NCBI RefSeq assembly: GCF_006345805.1
Contig: NC_043000.1
Span: 117,118,001-117,182,000, forward strand
From: Octopus sinensis
Lineage: Eukaryota
DNA: 64,000 nt
Direction of reading: 5' to 3'
The notes under the pieces are model-generated. The model saw only the letters and a list, made by a program, of their open reading frames with translations. It ran no database searches and had not been told where the DNA came from. Below, one piece after another: positions 12,535-24,720 of this stretch. Made by a program: the position numbers and the translations under genes. Position 1 is the stretch's first letter. The number at the start of each line of letters is the position of its first letter.

Positions 12535-12576
12535 AAATCTATATGTGTATATATGTATGTATTTATATATGTTATA

Positions 12577-13108
12577 CTAGCCTTGAAGCCGCTCTCCGGG
12601 CGGCACTCACTCTAGCTCCTATGTAGGATACCTTTGAGGCAATTGGCACCACTATCGGGCTGCTTTGCAGCCCTCTATCTTTTTGTAATGAAAATTATTT
12701 CTAAAAATGGGCTAAGCTTTGATGTTGATCATAGTTTATTTAATAAACGTAGGAGCGAGGTAAATGCATAGAAAATAGGGAGTGGGGTCAGTGGATCCCC
12801 ATTTAAGCGGCCCTTCAGAAACTGAGCCTCCTTACGATGCTCCCTGGGAGTTCATATTATGAAATTCATTGTCATTGCTCCGACTTGGTCGCCAATGCTA
12901 TGTATTTAGTTTAAAATACAGTAAAAATAGGGGGGTTAGTGGCGCCCCAACTAGGCGGTGCTTAAGAAAATGACCCTCTTAGGACATTTTGTTGGGATTA
13001 AGGGAGTTGCTGATTTGAGTTTCGTTGTTTTTGCACCAACGGTCTAAGAAGAGTTAAGGAACATAGAAACGTGACAGACAAACATCACTCAGATTTATAT
13101 TTAGAAGA
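12577..13108 (-). mobile_element. Non-autonomous Helitron
   Basis: Minus strand reads A|TC...hairpin GCCGC-N7-GCGGC...CTAG|T. Confidence 0.75.
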
Positions 13109-13151
13109 TAAGTAATGCATGTGATTGTGCGGATGTTTGCGAGTGTACAAA

Positions 13152-13309
13152 ATGAGCTTCAACACACTGTCTGTCTATCAAATTAACTCATGAAGCATTG
13201 GTCATCCTGGTACTAAAGTAGAAGACACTCGCCCAGGGTAACACACAATGGTACCGAACCCGAAACCACATGGTTGCCAAACGAGCTGCTTTACCACGCA
13301 GCCATGCCG
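13152..13309 (-). mobile_element. Diverged SINE family B, 5' half
   Basis: GTAGAAGACACTCGCCCAGGG...GAACCCGAAACCACATGGTTG...TTACCACGCAGCCATGCC. Confidence 0.65.
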
Positions 13310-13637
13310 ACAAACAATTTGCTCGATGTTTCCATTGCTTTCAACTGTTTTTCCTGTTACTATTATTGTTTAGATTTTTTCCCCAGAAATTGTCTTATCA
13401 AACCCTACTATATATGATGACATAATAGCAATGGCGGTAACAAGCTAAACTATCACTCTACTAGCTTTTGTTGCCATGGTTTCAAAACTTCTGTCAGTTT
13501 CACTTGGTACGCACAAGAGCGATATATTTTGCACCAATTTTCTCTTTTTTCCGTCATTCTGTCCTTCTCATTCTCTCTTTCTTTCTGTCTTTCGTTCTTT
13601 CTTTCTTCTTCTCCCTCTCCCTTTCTCTATCCTCTCC

Positions 13638-13670
<33 letters not shown>

Positions 13671-14160
13671 ACTTTTCTTTCTCTTCCATTTCTCTGCACT
13701 GAATATCATTATTCCTTGACAAGAATCCGTATTTTATCAGGAATATATGGCTATGGTGTGTTTTAATGTACAAAGTCTAAAACTGATGATTCCCTTGAGT
13801 AGAGGAATCACAAAAAGAGAAAACAGCACAGACAGGTATAAGTTTAGATTCTTAAAAGAGCTGTCAATAAAAAAATCAACAAAACTAAGCACCAAGTCGA
13901 ACAAAACAAAACGATAATTTTCTTTGAAAAGTTAGAACAAGAATGCAGTGTCATTTCATCGTCAGAAGTAACTGCAACAACAACAACAACAGCAGTTGCA
14001 GCAATAACATGAAATTACCAGAGGTGATGCTACGACTGATTATAAACCTATATATCAAACTCTATATGGATGATATTTACAAGGTATATAACCAATCTTA
14101 TGACTAAAAATTTTCCGGGAAGGGCCTACTTTTTATCACCAGTAAGGGATTGGAATTATA

Positions 14161-15660
14161 TCAGATTATCCCAGAAGTAATGTCGTTTTTCAGACCGTAC
14201 TTGTTTAAACATGCTCAAACACGTTTAAACAAGATCTTTTCATAGGTGTATAAATAGTACTGAACAAGAAAAGCTTCAGTTAGACAGATTCGGACACACA
14301 TATAATAAATTGTTGTTTTAATAGCCCCTCGGAGGTCACAGAAGGACACCTTGGAGGCGTCATGCTTTACGAGTATACAAAAGGCAACAATGCAACAAAT
14401 GCTGTAAAAATGTTCAAGAAATGTATAGAATGTTCGCAAGCGCAAACGATGAATCCATAAATGTAGACAAGGCGACTTTAGCTTGGAGGACATCTGCCGC
14501 TCTGGGTCCCCTATCTCTTTTGATAATGATGTGTTAAAAACCGCTACTGGAAAAAAATCCATATGCAACTGTTGAAGAGTTAGCAGAAAATGTTAATTCG
14601 TCGTCATCACCTATCTATCGTCATTTACAAGTACTTGAAATCGTGTCTAAACTTGTCAAATGGTTTCCACGTGAACTGAGTGGTAACAATTGAAAAGAAC
14701 ATGTCAATATCAGCACTGCTTTTTATTCACATAAGAGAAAAAAACCTCCAATTTTTTAGCAGCCTAGTGACAGGTGATGAAAGGTGGATACACTATAAAA
14801 TAGTTAAACCCCTATGGGTTCAACCAGGAGAATAATTAAGACCGCATTCAAAACAAGATCTTTATCCACGGAAAATTTCGTTCGGCGTTTAGTGGGACAT
14901 GTTTGGTGTGATACAATTTGAAACCTTGCACCAAAACCAGACAGACGGAATAAAAAACTAACGGAAAACGATGCTCTCTCAATCAAAATGGTACCAACGT
15001 CCATCATGACAATACCAGACCTCTTAGTTCAAGATTCACAGGTGCCAAGATTGAGGAGCTAGGTTCGAAAAGGCTTCTACATCTGTATCCTCTTGATCTT
15101 GTTTCTTTGGATTATCATTTATTCCGAAGCTTGCAATTTTTTATTGATGGAAGAGAATACACTTCCTTAGAGGCACCTGAAACGGACATTCAAGAGTTTT
15201 TCTCTTCTAAGTCAACTGATTTCTATAGAAACGGCATAAAAAACCGTTTACAAACAACTGCAGCGTGGAAAGTGTTTATAAGCCATTTAAGAAACACACA
15301 AAAACCGTTAGATTCACTTCAACATTTAAATTTAATTTGCCAAAATATTTTCGCCGCTTTGAGACCGCGACCTAGCACGGCGTTTTGTCAATGAACAGGT
15401 CGCGGTCTCAACGAAAATATTTTGGCAAATTGAATTTAAATGTTTAAGTGAATCTAACGGTTTTTGTGTGTTTCTTAAATGGCTTATAAACACCTTCCAC
15501 GCTATGCAAGTACATCTCCGTAAAACCTTTTACAGTTTTGGAAGAATGTTATTGGTTCAGATGGGGAACATAGAGATGATTTAATTCGTACCTTACTTGC
15601 TTTTTTTTATTTCTTCAAACCCTGCTACAAAACAACGACGTTAATTATGGGATAACCTGA
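14161..15660 (+). mobile_element. Mariner (DD34D) transposon, decayed
   Basis: TIRs TCAGATTATCCCAGAAGTAATGTCGTT / AACGACGTTAATTATGGGATAACCTGA flanked by TA. Transposase motifs GDFSLED..RSG, VTGDERWI, HHDNTRP, DYHLFRSLQ, FYRNGIK, WKNVIGSDGE. Confidence 0.9.
15263..15502. repeat. ~110-bp-arm palindrome inserted in the mariner ORF 3' end
   Basis: Arms 15263-15373 / 15397-15502; near-duplication AAAACCGTTTACA / AAAACCTTTTACA on either side. Confidence 0.85.
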
Positions 15661-16097
15661 TATATTAGACGTACAATGATATTATACGGATTAACTCAAA
15701 AGGCGTCGAGACATGCCCAGATAATTCTATTTAAAATACCGCTTGGATTTTCCAAAATATGCTAGTGTGGACATGGTGCAACTACAATGACATATATAGG
15801 TTTTAAGATTTTATATGATATCCACAATTAAAAACGGTCGGCAACACAGGCTTCAAATTTGTGATCAGCGTGGTTGACTTAGATAGGGCTTTCTTATAGA
15901 AGCCCGACTAAACGGTGAATACCACCTTTTTCCCGATGTGCAAAAACAGCAGAAACCGGTTAAGGAATGTTGTCAAACAGTAGTTGGTGGGTGAGTGGGG
16001 ACTAACAACAAGTGTTTTGGGCTGCCTTAAAGAAAGCGATAAGGTCAAAATTCATGGTTATTTGTGAAGTGCTAGTTATAGAGAGAAATATATCAGA

Positions 16098-16293
16098 GGT
16101 GCTTAGCAGTATTTTGTCTCACGCTACGTTCTGAGTTCAAATTCCGTCGAGGTCGACTTTGCCTTTCATCCTTTCGGGGTCGATTAAATAAGTACCAGTT
16201 ACGCACTGGGGTCGATATAATCGACTTAATCTCTTTGTCTGTCCTTGTTTGTCCCCTCTATGTTTAGCCCCTTGTAGGCAATAAAGAAATAAG
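16098..16293 (+). mobile_element. SINE family A, 5'-truncated
   Basis: Core and tail match 4737-4970. Confidence 0.85.
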
Positions 16294-17428
16294 AAATATA
16301 TCAAAGGTGTGAGATAACTAGCAATCTAAACGGTTTGATTAGAGAGGGTATCACAACCGAGGGCTTGGTGATCCTTGACCATTTCTTCGATGCAAAATAT
16401 GAAGTCTGCGTTTCTAGAGTAAGGAATAGACCACTAAAGCAAATGCGAACGAAAAGTATTCGTTCTCTTTTCTGTGCTGGATGTCGGACCATTATTTCGA
16501 AAGTTAGAATTTTTAAACTGCATCGATTTCGGGCTGCAGTTCAGGGGAATTGCATCACCACATGTAGAATGTTATCGTAACTGTGATGAACACTACGGAA
16601 GAAGAGGTGGCCGATGCCATTTCAAAGGAATACCACGAGTGCTCATTAAATGTTTAGCAGTAAGTTAAAATGTTTAGAGTTGTGTTATCAGTTTACTTAA
16701 AAAATAAATAAGGAATTGTTAAATACCAAGGCAACTAGATTTTAATGTAATTTTTGCAAAATTTAAATTAACCCCTACAGACTAAGACTAGTCGCTTCGA
16801 ATACTAATAACGTAGCGATTAAAATGAAGGAAAAAAGTGAATACCACTTTTACAGAATTAATAACTATATCATTAATTTTTTTAATGGGGGAATATCCTG
16901 GTTCTCAGTTCAGATTACGCACTGCAAAAAGTGCAAATAGCTTATTAGCATACTGAGACATGTAAGAAATTGTGATTGATAAAACCATGGTTTCTTATAA
17001 TATGGTGAAGCTTTGAATATAAACTTTCCGTATAATAGAGTGATATGGCAACCAAGATTCAATTCTGGTTAAAAGATTTGCGAACGAAAGCAACGAAACT
17101 AATTGTATTCATACGTGATCGTTACTTTATATACCTTGATTACTCCATAGGCAAGAGACGAGTGATATAATTAAATATATTTACGTTCGATGCATCGAAA
17201 CGTAGGAGGGCAGAAAATAGAATCGTTGCATTTTTGACTAGTAAGTAAACATTCGATGGATCGTATCTTGTTGCCTACATTTGAGGATTCGTGAGCAAAA
17301 TCGAGATCTAGCATTGATCTAAGCTACGAGCAGTGTATAAATTATCTGGGAAAATGGATCTCGAAACACATCACATGCAACTATAATCAAGAGCATGCGA
17401 ATAACGGGTTGAAAAAACCTTTAGATAG

Positions 17429-17849
17429 TACCTATTTCTTTACTACCCACAAGGGGCTAAACACAGAGGGGACAAACAAGGACAGACAAACGGGTTAAGT
17501 CGATTATATCGACCCCAGTGCGTAACTGGTACTTATTTAATCGACTCCGAAAGGATGAAAGGCAAAGTCGACCTCGGCGGAATTTGAACTCAGAACGTAA
17601 CCGTAAACGAAATACCTATTTCTTTACTACCCACAAGGGGCTAAACACAGAGGGGACAAACAAGGACAGACAAACACATTGAGTCGATTATATCGACCCC
17701 AGGGCGTAACTGGTACTTATTTAATCGACATCGAAAGGATGAAAGGCAAAGTCGACCTCGGCGGAATTTGAACACAGAACGTAACGGCAGACGAAAGAGT
17801 GCTAAGTATTTCGCCCGGCGCGCTAACGTTTCTGCCAGCTCGCCGCCTT
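17429..17849 (-). mobile_element. SINE family A, dimeric form
   Basis: Full unit plus a headless second unit; ACCTTTAGATAGTACC duplicated on both flanks. Confidence 0.9.
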
Positions 17850-18094
17850 AATAGCACCTTTAGATAGTACCGTGTGGGTATTTATGTGTGTGTAATTATA
17901 GTGCCTCACTGTAAGTAGCAGTAGCACTGATTGCAGGGAGATTCGAGGCAGGAGTTTCTCATGGCACTAACTTTTAAGTTTACTTAAAGTTTACAGGTAA
18001 ATGACTCTCCCACCATGACCTAATATTTTATGATAGGGAAATTGACTTGGTTGGGAAAAAATCTCTAAAACTACTGCAGTTTCAGCAAGAGTTA

Positions 18095-18330
18095 TTCATA
18101 CGGATAGAGAACTTTTCCCAGTCATATAGATTCACCGGAGCGCTTTCTCCATTTCCGTGACGCATAAATCCCCTCTGGACGGGACGCCAGTCCGTGGCAG
18201 GACCACTCACTTTTTGCCTGCTGAGTGAACTAGAGCAAAGTGATATGAAGTCCGTAGCCCGGTCCAGGAATCGAAACCACAATCTTACGATTATGAGTGC
18301 AACATCCTAACCACTAAGCTACTCGCCTCG
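18095..18330 (-). mobile_element. Diverged SINE family C-like copy
   Basis: tRNA-like head GTGGTTAGGATGTTGCACTC..GGTTTCGATTCC and GACTGGCGTCCCGTCCAG motif. Confidence 0.6.
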
Positions 18331-19541
18331 ACGAGTTAATCATAGCTCGATGATAATTTTCCACGTCATGTTAATAAGGTAATCTCGAGTAAACAATTTG
18401 TCTTAAGTATGACTAGTATCATGCGAGTCGTCTTGATGGAAACAATCCGGGTCCGGGCTTTTAATCTTGGACAAATGTCGCAGAAACGAATGAAATGGCT
18501 CAGCCGAGAATGAAAATTTGGTTGTTAGATTTAGCTTGCTGGGATTGATTTTCACCCCACTTGAACTCTTCGAAAAGTGAACTTGAAAAAACAGAAATCA
18601 ATTTTAAGTTTCTTATTCTATCATTTCTTTCTGAAGTTATGAAAGCACCAGAGTAATAGGTTTATGAAGCAGTAAACTTCCTTCACAAGTAAATAAAGTG
18701 TGGTCTTTTGCTATATAACCAACATTAGGAATACTTTGGATTTAGTCTACTAAATCGTCTCTGTTTTATCTTTGGTATTTACTTTTCAAATATTGATTAA
18801 TTAAAATTCCATGCAGTATTACGTCAGGTGGACTGAAAAATCAGCGACATAAAACAGAGACCAAGAAAATTCAAAGTGTTTAGAACAATCGACTTTCATA
18901 TACGCTAACTCTCCTGGGTTTAGATAGAATAAAGTTCCTGTTTAAAGAAACAGCTAAAAATGGGAAATAATGGCTTTTAATGGCATTTCGAAGCGCATTA
19001 GCCAAGTAAGTGAAACAAAATAGCCAACGAGGTTGCAAAATAGATATCACAAGAGGTTTACATTTGTTGAAATAAAACCAGACAAGCACTTATAGGGGAA
19101 CTTTGGCAGTTATAGTGTAGGAAGAAGAGTAAAAAAAATTCATTTCTGACAGAAATTCAGAAATTATATGACGCTGTGAAAACACCAATGCAGGGGTCGG
19201 CTAAATCACTTCATTGTATTAAAGTAAAGTTACATAAGCATCCTGTTAGATGAAACAATCAGTTACGTTTCAAGATTTATTTTTTCAAAGAATAACCGTA
19301 ATGAATTTATCAATTATTTAATAGATATTTCTCTCTGCTTCAGCCATCCCTAATTCTCTTCTCTGTTGTGTCTTCTTATTTCACTCATTTTCTATTAGTT
19401 TTTACGAAGATTGTGTGTAAGCGAGTAAGAATGATTTGTTTACAAAGAGAGAAAAAAATCATACATGTTCACTTCCATAGGTATATAGGTATATATGGTT
19501 AGAATTACGTTGTCAGTTTATGCGTGTAGGTAGGTACATGA

Positions 19542-19890
19542 AAGGATACACTCAGAACCTCACTGAACATCTCTGAGATCAACCTCGACACTTGGGAAAC
19601 GTAAGTGGAAGAGTGGAAGATCGCTCTGTCTGGCGACACTGCAGCAACAGCGGTGTCACCTCCTACGAAAAGAGCAGGATCGCAAGGGCACAAAGAAAAC
19701 GGAAATTGAACAAATCAAGAGTCCCAGTAGACTACCAGCCTTCAGTCCCAGCAAACTACCAGCCTCTGACCTGCGTCAGAGCCTTCAAAGCACACAACGT
19801 ACTAATCGACCACAGCCGGACACACCATGTTCCCTCTTCTTCGATGTGATGTCGTTAGTCATAATCAACAACGACAGATGAACTAATAAT
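19542..19890 (+). pseudogene. RTE-clade LINE 3' end (ORF C-terminus plus 3' UTR)
   Basis: KDTLRTSLNISEINLDTWE..EDRSVWR..GVTSYEKSRIARAQRKRK..C.RAFKAHNVLIDHSRTH, the RTE/BovB-type C-terminus with decayed zinc finger. Confidence 0.8.
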
Positions 19891-20505
19891 ATTTGTCCAA
19901 ATGATCGTATATTTAGATTAATTTAGGTTGTCTTGTTTAATAGGTTGTATTCTTCCTATGAAGACAAAATTGGTTTCTGATTAAGAGTTGTCTAATTTCA
20001 AATAACAACAATAATACAGAAGTTGCATGCACTTTAAAGAAAGTTTCGTATAGTTTCACTAATCCACTTTCAAATTAAACTTTCATGTTGTCTTTTTCGT
20101 TGCCAGCTATTTCACACAATTGGATAAACATGAGAACAAATCTGAATTAATAATCAATGCAAAGAACTTAATGTAGAGAACCATAACGGCACTTCTTCGA
20201 GAATGTGGAATGAAGTTTGACATTTAACAGTCGATCTTCGAAGTAGTACATATAAATGTCTTCTGTTTCAAACAGATGCAAGAAGCTTATTGCGTTTGAA
20301 TTGGGAGAAATCTTTTGAGGGAAATTTTCCAACGTCTCTTGTGTTGGGTCATGAGAATATGAACAGAGTAAGAAATATATTTTTAATATTTACCTCAGAG
20401 CCGTGATTGGGTAAAATGCCTGCCGGTAAGTTATGATTACACTGGTGCAGGAATATTCATGTATGTGGTTTGTGTGTGCGTATGAGTGTGTGTCTGTGTG
20501 TGTAT

Positions 20506-20548
<43 letters not shown>

Positions 20549-20552
20549 TATG

Positions 20553-20930
20553 TAAGTTCAGCAAAATTTAGATTCAGATGAATATGGCACTTAAGTTAAG
20601 GCACCAGAATTTGGTATGGTATTATCCATATAAGTCAAGTGGGCTGATTATAATCAAAATAAGCAACAAGGATATCCAAGGTAGTGTAGTACAATCGTTT
20701 CATGCTACTTCCTTTTATTAAACGCTGTAAGTATTACATCAGTTTTAAAATGTTGGCAAATGAAATAAGTATAAAAATGTACATTGTCCATTTAATTAAA
20801 AAATATTGTATGTGGCAGAATATTGCTCGACATTTTAAAACTGGTGTAATATAGTGTTTAATAAAATTAAGTAGCATGAAACTATTGTACTACACTACCT
20901 TGGATATCCTTGTTGCTTATTTTGATTATA
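20553..20930. repeat. Hairpin element in (TA)n (~100-bp arms, one arm extended ~95 nt)
   Basis: Arms 20648-20752 / 20831-20930; only a half-hammerhead GAAAC-gatt-GTA is present. Confidence 0.8.
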
Positions 20931-21175
20931 TATATATATATATATAATAGAAATATTAAAATAACTAAGTCTCTCTAAAAGAGAACAGCGGCAGCGTTCC
21001 CGGAAAATAATAGTTATCGCCATACTAATATGGCATTCTTATAAAAATAAGAAAAAAGCTGTCCGCTTATTAGCTCCATGAGGCCATCGCCTTAAGTTAG
21101 CTATTTGATACACAAACTGTACCCATATAACCTTCGAACAAGGGAGGTCAGTCGCTCCACACTACTTGACCGGCA

Positions 21176-21217
21176 GCTACAGACGCGTTTCGGGGTATTG
21201 CCCCTTTTCAATGCAGC
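21176..21217 (-). ncRNA. Minimal type I hammerhead, U3-A8 core variant
   Basis: gctgca-TTGAAAA-GGGG-caata-CCCC-GAAAC-gc-GTC-tgtagc. Confidence 0.8.
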
Positions 21218-21538
21218 GTAGCCAGCCAGTAGGTGTCGCTTCCGACAATCTCTGTTCGATGGTTTTATTTACCTAGTTTCGGTGGAATACATCCACTTGT
21301 TTTCAATAATAGAAATATTAAAATAACTAAGTCTCTCTAAAAGAGAACAGCGGCAGCGTTCCCGGAAAATAATAGTTATCGCCATACTAATATGGCATTC
21401 TTATAAAAATAAGAAAAAAGCTGTCCGCTTATTAGCTCCATGAGGCCATCGCCTTAAGTTAGCTATTTGATACACCAAACTGTATCCATATAACCTTCGA
21501 ACAAGGGAGGTCAGTCGCTCCACACTACTTGACCGGCA

Positions 21539-21580
21539 GCTACAGACGCGTTTCGGGGTATTGCCCCTTTTCAATGCAGC
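21539..21580 (-). ncRNA. Minimal type I hammerhead, U3-A8 core variant (second unit)
   Basis: Identical to 21176-21217. Confidence 0.8.
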
Positions 21581-22026
21581 GTAGCCAGCCAGTAGGTGTC
21601 GCTTCCGACAATCTCTGTTCGATGGTTTTTTTTACCTAGTTTCGGTGGAATACATCCACTTGTTTTCAATAATAGAAATATTAAAATAACTAAGTCTCTC
21701 TAAAAGAGAACAGCGGCAGCGTTCCCGGAAAATAATAGTTATCGCCATACTAATATGGCATTCTTATAAAAATAAGAAAAAAGCTGTCCGCTTATTAGCT
21801 CCATGAGGTCATCGCCTTAAGTTAGCTATTTGATACACAAACTGTATCCATATAACCTTCGAACAAGGGAGGTCAGTCGCTCCACACTACTTGACCGGCA
21901 CTACTTGTGTATCAAATAGCTAACTTAAGGCGATGGCCTCATGGAGCTAATAAGCGGACAGCTTTTTTCTTATTTTTATAAGAATGCCATATTAGTATGG
22001 CGATAACTATTATATATATATATATA

Positions 22027-22082
<56 letters not shown>

Positions 22083-22449
22083 CATGTATGCATGCATGTA
22101 TGTATGCATGTATGTATGCATACACTCACACATATACTAGAGACATATTCAAATGCTGCAAATGCGTAACAGAGCCGTTTACTACATTTCGTCATGGTGA
22201 AGTTTTCTCCTTTTAGTAAAAAAAAACAGATGTAAACACACCATGGTCGGTTCGAAGCGTACTCAATCCCGATCGATTAATGACTGCATTTCCAAGTAGT
22301 TATCTTGTCACCAGCATTGAACACTGGGAAGAAAGGCAACTCCAAACTGACAAAGAGACAAGGTCTCGCTTTTCAGAAACCACTCAGAATGAGGGTTTTC
22401 ACTGTATCCATTTATACGAGAATGTTTATATTTGAGTGCTTAGAATCTT

Positions 22450-22613
22450 GTTTCCCAACCACATAGCTCCGGGTTCAGTCCCACTGCGTGGCACCTTGGT
22501 CAAGTGTCTTCTGTAATAGCCTCACGCAAACCAAAGCCTGGTCATTGCATTTGGTAGACGGAACCTGAAAGCAGCCCATCATATGTATACATATATGTGT
22601 GTGCATGTGTGTG

Positions 22614-22659
<46 letters not shown>

Positions 22660-22702
22660 TATATATATATATATGTTTGTCTCCCACCACCGCATGACAA
22701 CA
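22450..22702 (+). mobile_element. SINE family B, partial
   Basis: GGGTTCAGTCCCACTGCGTGGCACCTTGG core. Confidence 0.75.
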
Positions 22703-23303
22703 ACCTATTTAAATTCTTCCTCCGGGGAAAGAGGTGGTTTCTAACAAAGATACAAAGCTTTGTCGTTAGTTTGTAGATAACACAAACAATGTTACAGTTT
22801 AAACTTGAGAAAATTCTTGCATAACTTTACAGTTCCACTTACAAATTGTATTTGTAATATGAGAGTTAACTGGTTGATTTCTTTTTCTGAAAGCCCAAGT
22901 ATATCCAGATTATCACTTAGGCATTTACTCACACATCCAACTGCACCAATTATTATTGGTATAAATGTGAATTTATATATAATCTGGACATACAAGCTGG
23001 AGGTTTCGATGAAGTTGTATATAGTTATCTCCTTTCTCTTTGATTTTCAAACAATATTTACATCAACAGGACAACTGACCACTATGACAGTACATCCCTT
23101 TTCTTGCGCGTCCCAAATAACAATATCCGGCTTGTTATCTTACACTTGACATATGTTTTGATGGGACTGTTCCACGAGTATTTCTTGTGCTGGTATTTCT
23201 GTACTTTTTCAATTGCTGAGTTCTCCTCTAAATACACATCCAATGGTAGGTGCACTAATACAATATTATACCCATCAAAAGGAAAGTGCTTTACGTAGTA
23301 CAC
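22703..23303 (-). pseudogene. R4/Dong-like non-LTR element 3' end: restriction-like (PD-D/ExK) endonuclease plus 3' UTR
   Basis: Across frameshifts: WNSPIKT..KCK.NKPDIVIWDAQEKGCTVIVVSCPVDVN..KIKEKGDNYIQL.RNLQL..PDY.YKFTFIPIIIGAVG..SGTVKLCKNFLKF*. Confidence 0.8.
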
Positions 23304-23364
23304 TCATATATTTCGAAGGTTCATATTAGCCCTAAAATAATCTCCTCTCACAGATATAGCAGTA

Positions 23365-23602
23365 AGGCGGCGAGCTGGCAGAAACGTTAGCACGCCGGGC
23401 GAAATGCGTGGCCGTATTTCGTCTGCCGTTACGTTCTGAGTTCAAATTCCGCCGAGGTCGACTTTGCCTTTCATCCTTTCGGGGTCGATAAATTAAGTAC
23501 CAGTTACGCACTGGGGTCGATGTAATCGACTTAATCCGTTTGTCTGTCCTTGTTTGTCCTCTCAGTGTTTAGCCCCTTGTGGGTAGTAAAGAAAAGGGTA
23601 TT
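23365..23602 (+). mobile_element. SINE family A, full length
   Basis: Matches 49938-50175. Confidence 0.9.
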
Positions 23603-24380
23603 GTAGTAACTGACAATGATTTATGAAATTTATTTTACCAACTCAAATACTACTTAAGAAACTAAAACCAGAATGCTACTGTATCTTTATCAACACAAAC
23701 TGTTTTTTTAAATTTTCTAACAGCTTTCTCTTTGTATCTTCGAAAATCTTACACACGCTAAAACACACCAATGATATAAAAACATATAAAAACTAAATCG
23801 CATGTAATCCCATTTTCCAACAAACAAAAACTACCGGATAATCAATCTAAATTGATATGTTTCTGAATAAAGAATATAAAACTGTTAATATGCTAGTTGA
23901 AATAGTATACAACACACACAAATGTTACGCCCATTATTATCACTGTTACGTCATTGTCAGCTACGGGGCACGAAATCCTGTATACCTTGGTCTTAATTTG
24001 CTTTTGTACCGTCACGTAAAAAGAAGTTCGATAAATACTTACTCGCATTTTGCGTATTATGTTCTTGATATATTTCTATGAATTTATTGTTCATATCTAT
24101 TCCAACATCATATCCATGTAATGTTAGAAAATTCCTTACTTTCAAGGTGATTGTCAAGAGCTGATACACTTGCAAATTTATTTATATACATCATATCTAT
24201 TGTACTGACATATCCTCTTTAAAAAATAACGTCCTGGTTCATACATTAACTAAAAAGCATTTTTGCCATAAATTACATTTGTCCAATTATATGAACTCGC
24301 CATGTAGAATATACGTATGTAGAATATACGTAAAAATTGTATACAATGTCTTAGCAAAATATTTTATGCAACAGCACAGT

Positions 24381-24720
24381 GGAGGCGCAATGGCCCAGTG
24401 GTTAGGGCAGCGGACTCGCGGCCGGAAAAACGCGGTTTCGATTCCCAGATCGGGCATTGTGAGTGTTTATTGAGCAAAAACACCTAAGCTTCACGAGACC
24501 CCGGCGGGGAGGGGTTGTGAACCCCGTTGTACTCTTTCACCACAACTTTCTCTCACTCTTTCTTCATATTTCTGCCTCAAAGCAGAGGAACCATGGTGTA
24601 ACCCACTATGGTGTGGTGAACTTTCAGACCCTAGTCCAGATTGTGAATCCTCTGTACCATGGCATGGTTCAGCTCTCCACCCGTGAAAAAGACACTGTTT
24701 ACGGAATGAGGATAACAACG
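24381..24720 (+). mobile_element. tRNA-derived SINE family C
   Basis: GGAGGCGCAATGGCCCAGTGGTTAGGGCAGCGGACTCGCGG..GGTTTCGATTCCC (A and B boxes). Confidence 0.8.

Larger units (their letters stand above)
20946..22012 (-). mobile_element. Retrozyme-like tandem array (362-363-nt unit x2.6) plus inverted 108-nt arm
   Basis: Units start at 20946, 21308 and 21671; each full unit has a hammerhead; 21905-22012 is the inverse of ~21008-21115; (TA)n flanks. Confidence 0.85.

Noticed and set aside
13780-13820. CTGATGA followed by a small hairpin
   Set aside because: No GAAA, helix III or helix I partner.
20946-21904. Tandem array as CRISPR or plain satellite
   Set aside because: No unique spacers and a eukaryotic context; the ribozyme per unit and the inverted end fit a retroelement better.
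24381-24450. tRNA genes at SINE heads (also 26992, 42547, 44081)
   Set aside because: A and B boxes are present but there is no complete cloverleaf, and each continues into a SINE body.
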